A DNA stretch of 64,000 nt from Patescibacteria group bacterium UBA6017. GTDB taxonomy: Bacteria; Patescibacteriota; Saccharimonadia; UBA4664. The stretch covers positions 55,258 to 119,257 of the forward strand of contig DIZX01000011.1 of the NCBI GenBank assembly GCA_002429485.1, written 5' to 3'. Positions 45,233-52,415 of this stretch are shown here, one piece after another (position 1 is the first letter of the stretch; each line of letters begins with the position of its first letter). The notes below the pieces were generated by a model, which ran no database searches, was not told where the DNA came from, and saw nothing but the letters and a program-made list of their open reading frames with translations. The position numbers were made by a program, and so were the translations under genes.

Positions 45233-46291
45233 CTAGAAACTCGCACTAGCAATCGCAGTCATCACCTCTGCGTAGTCCGCCGATGCTGGTGTCAGGGGCT
45301 TGGTTTTGGCCGACATAATGAATGATCCGCGACCGCCCACGATCGGCGCACCGGTCGAATTAAAAATCTGCCGAATCAAGGAATCTTCCACCCCTACGTT
45401 CGTACCGCTCACGTTGTATGGTGAATCGAGAGCCAATGGTCCGCCCGAAGTTTGGGCAATGCTAGCCCCCTGCAACCCAAAACCTTCCGCCAGACTGGCC
45501 AGGTCGCCGGTTTGGGCGGCGATTGTATAGGTGGCATCTGCACTCCTCAGTCCCGCGTTCTGACCGCTCACATATACCATGCCGCCAGATTCGGCATTGG
45601 TATCCAAACTTATCCACACCCGCATCGACGAATTCGTTACCGTGCTCACCGGGATCGTGCCAAAGTCCACCACATACGGCGGGCTGGTGCTGATATTTGT
45701 GGCTGCCACATCAATATCAAACGACAATTGGGGATCAACCGTGCTAGCGCTCGCGACCGGCCCATAACCGCTCTCGGTGAACTTACCGCGATAGGCCTTG
45801 GCTTTCACGGAATACACCGTGCTCTTCGTGAGTCCGCGCACAATCACGCCCGAGCTCCCGCCCCACGCCGCATATGTCTGATAATCACTGAAACTCAAGC
45901 TCGAGCCGACCGTGAGATCACTGTGCACGTATTGAGTGGTCGTAAAGCCGTCGGTCGAAATTGCCACCGCAAACAACGCGTCACTGGGGTTGTTCTCCGG
46001 GCCGACCGTCACCCGCAGCTTGTTGTACCAACTGCCGGTGTCGTTGGCAATGGTGATCGTCGGCACGTTCGCCTGCTTAACATAATTTTCACCCGCGCCC
46101 ACTTTGTAATTACTCGACGCCGCCGAACCCGACACCTCACCGGTCAAACCGTTTACGTGGTAGTTCGTCGAGCCGCTATCTGCCGTACCGCCATTACCAA
46201 AACCATATGAATTGAGCTGAAAATTCGTACTAGCGGGTAAGCCGGCCACGAGCCATCCTGTCAGTGTCCAGGCAATCCAAACACTGCTCAT
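45233..46291 (-). CDS. minor-type WxL/SCPU-like subunit with an FN3-like insert
   Basis: PASTNFQLNSYGFG N-segment like 24119-24928; VRGLTKSTVYSVKAKA; TNAESGG; EGFGL; ends PASADYAEVMTAIASASF; ATGA coupling with the upstream gene. Confidence 0.7.
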   Translation of the reverse strand: MSSVWIAWTLTGWLVAGLPASTNFQLNSYGFGNGGTADSGSTNYHVNGLTGEVSGSAASSNYKVGAGENYVKQANVPTITIANDTGSWYNKLRVTVGPENNPSDALFAVAISTDGFTTTQYVHSDLTVGSSLSFSDYQTYAAWGGSSGVIVRGLTKSTVYSVKAKAYRGKFTESGYGPVASASTVDPQLSFDIDVAATNISTSPPYVVDFGTIPVSTVTNSSMRVWISLDTNAESGGMVYVSGQNAGLRSADATYTIAAQTGDLASLAEGFGLQGASIAQTSGGPLALDSPYNVSGTNVGVEDSLIRQIFNSTGAPIVGGRGSFIMSAKTKPLTPASADYAEVMTAIASASF

Positions 46292-47019
46292 GACGTCCAC
46301 CTCACCGAGCCGGAAATAACTTTCATGAAGGCTGCCACATCATCCGTAACATCCGTACTTGTGACTGAAATCATCAGTAATTTACCATCGCGAAGCCAAA
46401 ACAAAGTTTGCTCGGTCTTATCATTTTTGGCCATCACGTACACCGATCCCGCCGCATTTTTGTACACAGCTTCCTTATACGTTTCCGGATGGAGCTGACG
46501 TATACGATAGCTGGCATCGTCGCTGAGGGTAGCGATCTGCTCCCGCCTCACGTCCACCGCTATCAAGCGCCGATAGTTACTCTTCGACCCAATGTTAAAC
46601 TGCTCAATCGAGCCGCTATCCGTTTTCATCCCCGCCACTTGATCAAAAATACGCGGGTAGTTAAATGCGAATGTCTGCCCCACGAGCTGCGAGATTGACT
46701 GGTCGGGCGTTGGCGCAGCAGCGTTCACGCTGATTCTCGGCTTCGGGAGACTCGCTTCGGCCGGACCGTTCACCAGCTTCATCATCACTATGATCGCTCC
46801 GCCGACCATTACGCCCATCACTAGCATGGCTGAGCTCCAGGCAACCCTGTGTGCCCAGCCGCGTTTTTTTGGCTCCGCCGCGTTGTCCGGTGCCGCCTCC
46901 TGGCCGTCAGACTCAGGATCCTCGCCCATAACCTCAGCCACTACCTCGCTGGTCGACTCCCCGCGTAATGTCGCTAAATGCCGTACAACCTGATGCAGTT
47001 CCTCATCGCTTAAGCTCAT
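46288..47019 (-). CDS. single-TM exported protein, unknown function
   Basis: Acidic cytoplasmic N-terminus, TM, FAFNYP (PsbP-like) domain; ATGA overlaps at both ends. Confidence 0.7.
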   Translation of the reverse strand: MSLSDEELHQVVRHLATLRGESTSEVVAEVMGEDPESDGQEAAPDNAAEPKKRGWAHRVAWSSAMLVMGVMVGGAIIVMMKLVNGPAEASLPKPRISVNAAAPTPDQSISQLVGQTFAFNYPRIFDQVAGMKTDSGSIEQFNIGSKSNYRRLIAVDVRREQIATLSDDASYRIRQLHPETYKEAVYKNAAGSVYVMAKNDKTEQTLFWLRDGKLLMISVTSTDVTDDVAAFMKVISGSVRWTS

Positions 47020-47996
47020 GCCAGTGCCTCGAGACGGCGTTCCATGATTTGCTTCTCCCGCCGCTCACCGAGCCAAAACGAGATAATCATGAGCAGCAGC
47101 ACGATCCAAAGCGGCCAGATCATCAGCAGGTTAGTAATACCGGTGGGGTTGGAATTTCCGTTACCCGCCGCAGCGGTCGAACCAGTCGCCGGGTTCACGA
47201 TAGTCGTCAGCTGCAAGTAAGCCGTATGCCCCGCCGCGTCTGCCGCCCGGATGATCAACGGGTATGACCCTAAATATCCTCCAACCTTCTGATATGTGTG
47301 CCTCGCTGTAAACGGGCCCGGCGCCAGCCGTGTCACCACATCGGTGGTACCGTCGCCCCAATCAATACTCACCGCATATGGCGCTTGCCCGCCAATAATA
47401 ACAATCGGCCACACGATCTCTTGCCCCGGCGACACCCCGCGGTAAAAATTTTCAGACTGTACAATGAGCTCAGTTGAATACCCCGGGCCACCTGGCGGCA
47501 TATTCAGCGTAACGGTAACCGTCGGCGACGTCGGTCCTGCCTGATCAAGCGTGTTAAACGGCAATGCCGTCAGATCATTGCGGCCGATTACGAGGTCTAT
47601 CGGGATGCTAAAGTGCCCGTTCTGACAGATTATACTGCCCACCAGAATACCGTTCGTAAATATCTTCACCAATGAAGCGCTCGGACAGGTCCCCGTAACC
47701 GTAACCGGGTTAATCGTGAAGGTTTGGCCGCTCGTCGGCGAGGTAATTACCGCCGCGCTCGCTGGCCTGGGACCCGGCACGACGGCCGATACCGCATATG
47801 CATTTGGGACACAATTGTTGCCGGCCTCCCCGCACAACGCCCCCATTGGAGGTGCCGCCAGGGCCGCCCACGTAAAGCTTGCGAGCAGCACACCCAGCCC
47901 CAATGTCAGAAACAACAGGAGCGAATATGAAGTCTGACGGTGGTGAACCAACCGCCCGGTAAGCGAATTGTGACTAGTCCTCGGAAACACAAGCAT
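47016..47996 (-). CDS. Ig/PKD-domain membrane protein (paralog of 17373-18329)
   Basis: HHRQTSY + TM; ITSP..GTCP; VSIDWGDG..HTY; WPLW TM + FWLGERRE. Confidence 0.85.
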   Translation of the reverse strand: MLVFPRTSHNSLTGRLVHHRQTSYSLLLFLTLGLGVLLASFTWAALAAPPMGALCGEAGNNCVPNAYAVSAVVPGPRPASAAVITSPTSGQTFTINPVTVTGTCPSASLVKIFTNGILVGSIICQNGHFSIPIDLVIGRNDLTALPFNTLDQAGPTSPTVTVTLNMPPGGPGYSTELIVQSENFYRGVSPGQEIVWPIVIIGGQAPYAVSIDWGDGTTDVVTRLAPGPFTARHTYQKVGGYLGSYPLIIRAADAAGHTAYLQLTTIVNPATGSTAAAGNGNSNPTGITNLLMIWPLWIVLLLMIISFWLGERREKQIMERRLEALA

Positions 47997-48029
47997 TATC
48001 TGGATATTAGCATATCCAGGCTCACGAAA

Positions 48030-48580
48030 CTACCGGTTTATAGGCCGTATCACGCCTACGCCTTGGATCGCCGCCTCAGCCTGAGCTACCAGACCCGAGG
48101 CAACCTCCCCGCCCGTGCAGGTACCGAGCGGCATCTGGTAAACAAAGTCGCTACCGCCGACATTAGCCAAGAATACCTTCGTCTGACCGCCCGAAGGGTA
48201 ATGGGCAAAGCTCCCCGCCGACAGCCGTAGGATCGACCCCAGCGCATTAGCCTGCGCGCTGCACTTGGCATCGAGACCGGACAATGCCGCACTCGATAAT
48301 CCAACGCTATCAGATCCCTTACCCGCATAGTTTACCAGCGGCATGTCCTCGCCTAATGGCAAAACTAATTGAACATTCCAACTCCCGATAGTCAGTACCT
48401 GCGAACCATTCCCGTCCGCTACCGCCTCTACGGCCGGTATGCGCACATCATCGGCCGACACCTGATGGAACCTTTCAAACGCAGCAGCTGCCACCGTGAA
48501 CGCAAGCGCCACGCCTATAGCCACAAACAATACCGGAACCAATGACCGAACGGCTACTAATTTTCGAGACACAACTCGTA
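48030..48580 (-). CDS. N-anchored exported hypothetical protein
   Basis: TM followed by LTIGSWNV.. domain with two Cys. Start approximate. Confidence 0.55.
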
Positions 48581-48654
48581 ACACCTCAACCTCACTATGG
48601 TTGATTAGAGCATACCAGTTTGTAAGCCAGAAGCACAAGCAGTATTCTAGGTGT

Positions 48655-49779
48655 ATGGCCGACGAACCCAAACCTCAAACCGCTGACCAACCGACGCCCA
48701 ACCCGGCGCCGGAATCTTCGGCTGTCTCGCCGGGCGTTACCGATGCCGTAGAGACCAAACCCGAAGGCAGCTCAGCGGCTGCAGCCGATGATGCCCCCAA
48801 ACCTCAGGTAGTCCCCGCCGATCCGCTGGCTGACGGCACCGTTCCCACAGTCCTTGCTACCGGCACCAGCCACAAGTCGGTCTCCAAAGGTAAAGCCTCG
48901 ATCGCGAATATCTACCGCAAAGCCGATATTCTCACCACTATCCTCACCTTCGTGGGTGCCCTCGTTGCAGCCGGCATAATTTTTGGTATCTACGCCTACA
49001 TTACCCGCTCCAAAAACACCGCTACGCCCGCCCCCAAAGTCACCAGCCTCGACAAGAACGAGCTCGCCAAACTCAGCACCTTTTTCGACGGCAACTCCGC
49101 CGGCAGCTCCAGCCAGGTCCTCACCATTAGCTCTTCATCGTTCTTCAAGAACCGCGTCGCCATATCTTCCGACCTCAAGGTCATCGGCGGAGTGCAAGTC
49201 TCCGGCACTACCGCCCTCGGTGACCTCACCGTCGACAAAACCACCACCCTTGGCGTCACCAATATTCGCGGCCAGCTGGTGGTAGCCGGACCGGTCAACT
49301 TCCAGAGCCCGGCTCAGTTCGGCGCCGGCGGCACCGTAAACGGCAACCTAGCCGTCACCGGTAACGGCAGCTTTGGCGGTTCAATTTCCGCCGGCACCCT
49401 CAATGTCTCTACCCTCTCCGTCAACACTATCAACCTAAGTGGCCACCTTTCAATTACGGGCTCCAGCCCGTCGGTCGCGGGCACCGGCCTCGGTACTAGC
49501 GCTACCGTCGATGGCAACGACTCCTCCGGCACCGTCAGCGTCACCGTTGGCGCCTGTACTAACGGACAATGTATTGCTACGGGCGGCCAGCTCGTCATCA
49601 TTACCTTCCACAGCGCATATCCGCGCTTGCCGCATATCATCATTTCCCCCATTGGTGCCGGCGCCGCCCGCCTCCAGGCCTACGTCCAGCCTGGCGCTAG
49701 CTCGTTCACGATTGGCGCCGCTTCCATCAATAACCCCAGCCCAAACACATTCTCGTTCACTTACTGGGTCGTGCAGTAA
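48655..49779 (+). CDS. N-anchored short trimeric fibre-like protein (paralog of 25040-25963)
   Basis: Pro/acidic N-tail, TM, SLDKNELAKL, beta-helix repeats, GNDSSGTV..ITF..AY..PHIIISP..FTYWVVQ; TATTCT 6 nt before ATG 48655. Confidence 0.72.
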   Translation: MADEPKPQTADQPTPNPAPESSAVSPGVTDAVETKPEGSSAAAADDAPKPQVVPADPLADGTVPTVLATGTSHKSVSKGKASIANIYRKADILTTILTFVGALVAAGIIFGIYAYITRSKNTATPAPKVTSLDKNELAKLSTFFDGNSAGSSSQVLTISSSSFFKNRVAISSDLKVIGGVQVSGTTALGDLTVDKTTTLGVTNIRGQLVVAGPVNFQSPAQFGAGGTVNGNLAVTGNGSFGGSISAGTLNVSTLSVNTINLSGHLSITGSSPSVAGTGLGTSATVDGNDSSGTVSVTVGACTNGQCIATGGQLVIITFHSAYPRLPHIIISPIGAGAARLQAYVQPGASSFTIGAASINNPSPNTFSFTYWVVQ

Positions 49780-49797
49780 CTACCTTCTCGATCCAAT

Positions 49798-49828
49798 AAA
49801 AAATGGCCCCGTAGGGCCATTTTCGTTT
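49798..49828. terminator. bidirectional intrinsic terminator
   Basis: AAAATGGCCC-CGTA-GGGCCATTTT between convergent genes. Confidence 0.8.
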
Positions 49829-49841
49829 CCGAGTCTCGGAC

Positions 49842-50141
49842 TTAACCGATTTTAGTGATTTTCACCAAAGAATAGTGCTGGCGGTGACCCGTCAAACGCT
49901 TAATGCGCTTCTTAGCCTTGAACTTCAAGATCTTGAGCTTCTCGCCCTTCACTTCTTCCAAGACTTCGCCGTGAACTTTCACGCCATCAACGATCGGCGC
50001 TCCCACGGTGATCTTGTCGCCGTCAATCAACAGTAGAGCATCGAGCTCAATTTTCTTGGCATCGCCCAGCAGCTCGAGCTCGAGCGTCTGGTCTTTCTCT
50101 ACGATATATTGCTTCCCTCCGGAAGTAATGACTGCTTGCAT
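49842..50141 (-). CDS. rplU: 50S ribosomal protein L21
   Basis: MQAVITSGGKQYIV..KFKAKKR..GHRQHYS.VKI. Confidence 0.96.
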   Translation of the reverse strand: MQAVITSGGKQYIVEKDQTLELELLGDAKKIELDALLLIDGDKITVGAPIVDGVKVHGEVLEEVKGEKLKILKFKAKKRIKRLTGHRQHYSLVKITKIG

Positions 50142-50258
50142 TGTTACAAAGCCCCTTTCGTGCCTGGTTGTAGCAGGCGTGCTTGTGTTATATGTTCTAG
50201 CGTAACTCGAGCGATAATACCAGATTTCACCCTTGATGTACAGGGGTCCACAGCCTCG

Positions 50259-50900
50259 TTACTGCACAATCTCCATCACTTTGCGAAAATCATCCACCAC
50301 ATACGTCGGTTCATGCTTCTTGAGCGATTCTAGATTATAAAATTTCGCATGTTCAGGCGGATAAAACAGAACGGAATCTATACCTGCGTTTACCGCCGCG
50401 CCGAGATCGCTTTGCGAATCGCCAATCATTATGGCTTCGTCCTTATTACCGCCCAATTCCGCCAGCGCTTTATATAACGATTCAGGATGAGGTTTATGTT
50501 CAGCTACATCGTCGTGCGTAATCACCACATCAAATAACCGATGCATATCATACCTATCGAGCAAATGTTCAATATAAGTATGCTTCGACGTCGTAATGAG
50601 CGCCGTCTGTTTATTTTTATCCTTTAGATACCCGAGCACTTCAAGTGCATCTGGATAAAGCTCAACATCGTGCAGCTTTTTCCTCACCAGTTGATCAGCC
50701 CGCTCGTATATAACAGCCGGATCTTCAATCCCCAGCCCTACGAGATAATCCGTTAACGTACCAAACGAATGAGCAATTTCCTCATCGCTCGGGTAAAAGC
50801 CCTCTTCATTCAAAATAAATCTGTAGACCTCAATCCATAAATCGAGAGTCTTAGCCAAATTTCCATCCCAGTCGAGCAAGATGTACTGATAGTTCTTCAT
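50259..50900 (-). CDS. HAD-superfamily hydrolase (PpaX/Gph-like)
   Basis: LLDWDGNL, KPHPE, MIGDSQSD motifs; visibly more AT-rich than neighbours. Confidence 0.9.
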   Translation of the reverse strand: MKNYQYILLDWDGNLAKTLDLWIEVYRFILNEEGFYPSDEEIAHSFGTLTDYLVGLGIEDPAVIYERADQLVRKKLHDVELYPDALEVLGYLKDKNKQTALITTSKHTYIEHLLDRYDMHRLFDVVITHDDVAEHKPHPESLYKALAELGGNKDEAIMIGDSQSDLGAAVNAGIDSVLFYPPEHAKFYNLESLKKHEPTYVVDDFRKVMEIVQ

Positions 50901-50906
50901 ATATGC

Positions 50907-52022
50907 CTAACCCTCAAACTGCAATTTCTTCCGCCGCGTTGCCACGCTCTCCAGCAACCCCAGCCCACCCATCGCTACAATCAGCGCCGTACCGCCGTAG
51001 CTCACCAGCGGCAGCGGAATACCGGTGACGGGCGCTATGCCCATATTCATCCCGGCATTGATGAAGACGTGGAACAAAAACATCGCCGACACCCCCACCG
51101 CCACAAACATCCCGAACCTGTCCTGTGCAACGTAGGCTATCCGCACGCCGCGATACAGCAAAATCGCGAATAGCACCAACAGCAGCATGCCTCCAATAAA
51201 GCCCATTTTTTCGTTCAGCACCGAGAAAATAAAGTCCGTATGCTGAGCCAGCGACGGCAAAAAGTTGAGCTGACTCTGTGAGCCGGCCGCCAGTCCCCTG
51301 CCAAATACCTGCCCGGAGCCAATCGTGATCGTGGATTGGATCACATTATGGCCCGCCCCCAACGGATCTACCTGAGGGTTCAAAAATACCGTTAGCCGGT
51401 CCCGTTGATAGGATTTCAGGTGCTGCAGCACAAACGGCATCAATGCCAGCCCCACCCCCGACAGCGCCAACAGATACAGCTTACGCACCGGCGCCACCAT
51501 TGCCATCGCCAGCCAAATCGCCACCAACACCAATGCGGTCCCCAAATCTGGCTGTCTCATAACCAGTGCCACCGGGATTACCAGATACAGTAGCGACAAA
51601 CCCAAATATTTAGCGCGATGAACCTTGTCGTAATTACTTGAAAAAAATTTCGCCAAACCGATAATCAGTACCAGCTTCGCAAATTCCGACGGTTGAAACT
51701 GGAAAAACCCCAAGTCAATCCACCGCTGAGCGCCCAGCACCGCCCTTGAAGTCAACAGCACAATAATCAGAAACAACAGCGTAAGGCCGTAAAGCCAGGG
51801 TGTCAGCTTAAACCAGGTACGGTAATCAACCCGGGCCATAAACACAAAAGCACCCAGCCCGACCGCCACAAACACCAACTGATGCCACAAATCGGTCAGA
51901 CTGCCCAGGCGGGTAGCCTTAAATGAGGTCGAATATATCACCAGCAGCCCCATGGCCACCAGCAGCATCATCACCCCGAACAATATCCAGTCAAAATTTT
52001 TCCAAAACCGCGTTTTTAACAC
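50907..52022 (-). CDS. rodA: rod shape-determining SEDS protein RodA
   Basis: GAQRWI, FQPSEFAK, QPDLGT, YQRDR, HTDFIF, PVTGIPLPLVSYGG. Confidence 0.92.
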   Translation of the reverse strand: MLKTRFWKNFDWILFGVMMLLVAMGLLVIYSTSFKATRLGSLTDLWHQLVFVAVGLGAFVFMARVDYRTWFKLTPWLYGLTLLFLIIVLLTSRAVLGAQRWIDLGFFQFQPSEFAKLVLIIGLAKFFSSNYDKVHRAKYLGLSLLYLVIPVALVMRQPDLGTALVLVAIWLAMAMVAPVRKLYLLALSGVGLALMPFVLQHLKSYQRDRLTVFLNPQVDPLGAGHNVIQSTITIGSGQVFGRGLAAGSQSQLNFLPSLAQHTDFIFSVLNEKMGFIGGMLLLVLFAILLYRGVRIAYVAQDRFGMFVAVGVSAMFLFHVFINAGMNMGIAPVTGIPLPLVSYGGTALIVAMGGLGLLESVATRRKKLQFEG

Positions 52023-52105
52023 TAAGCCGGGTAACCACCATTACTGAAACCAGTCTAGCTTAATACGCCTCTATTTTAAAATCACCGCAGAGGGGCGTTA
52101 GCGTA

Positions 52106-52134
52106 TTGATATATGCTTGTTATAGTGGTATAAT
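52106..52134 (+). promoter_or_regulatory. near-consensus promoter TTGATA-17-TATAAT (TG-extended)
   Basis: Read directly, upstream of the small ORF. Confidence 0.75.
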
Positions 52135-52189
52135 AAACAACAACGGCCGAACCCGACCGCTACCGTTTCACCCGATCATGGGAGAAAAA

Positions 52190-52351
52190 ATGTTCAGCCT
52201 CATCAAGGATCTCGCCACCGCCCGCACCGTGCTGCGCGATGAGCGCAACAGGCACCTCGCCCGGGTCGAGAAGGCCAAGAAGGTCCCGACCGAGATCACC
52301 TTCCCGGGCGGCCTCCCGTTCTTGAACGACGAGGTCAACCCTCCAAACTGA
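52190..52351 (+). CDS. 53-aa small protein, unknown function
   Basis: Promoter, GGAGA SD, GC3-rich codons, strong hairpin right after the stop. Confidence 0.6.
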   Translation: MFSLIKDLATARTVLRDERNRHLARVEKAKKVPTEITFPGGLPFLNDEVNPPN

Positions 52352-52359
52352 TCGGCCTT

Positions 52360-52398
52360 GCGGCCCCTCGTCCTCCATCCAGGAGACGAGGGGCCGCT
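52360..52398. terminator. GC-rich hairpin between the small ORF and ileS
   Basis: GCGGCCCCTCGTC...GACGAGGGGCCGC. Confidence 0.75.
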
Positions 52399-52415
52399 CT
52401 CCATTTCTGCCCTAT

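Noticed and set aside
19385-46291. Type IV pilins or sortase-dependent pilins
   Set aside because: No G|FTLxE class III signal, no LPxTG sorting signal and no sortase or assembly ATPase in the window.
10345-49779. Diversity-generating retroelement acting on the adhesins
   Set aside because: No reverse transcriptase and no adenine-mismatched template/variable repeat pair was seen by eye. A trans-acting DGR cannot be excluded.
10996-49855. Many alternative-frame and antisense ORFs in the track (e.g. 11-448, 41997-42668, 43803-44591, 45452-46210, 53211-54089)
   Set aside because: They are shadows of well-supported opposite-strand genes in GC-rich, Gly/Ala/Thr-rich coding DNA, with no motifs or expression signals.
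50259-50900. AT-rich HAD gene as part of the island or of a mobile element
   Set aside because: It is separated from the island by rplU and has no flanking repeats; at most a lone acquisition.
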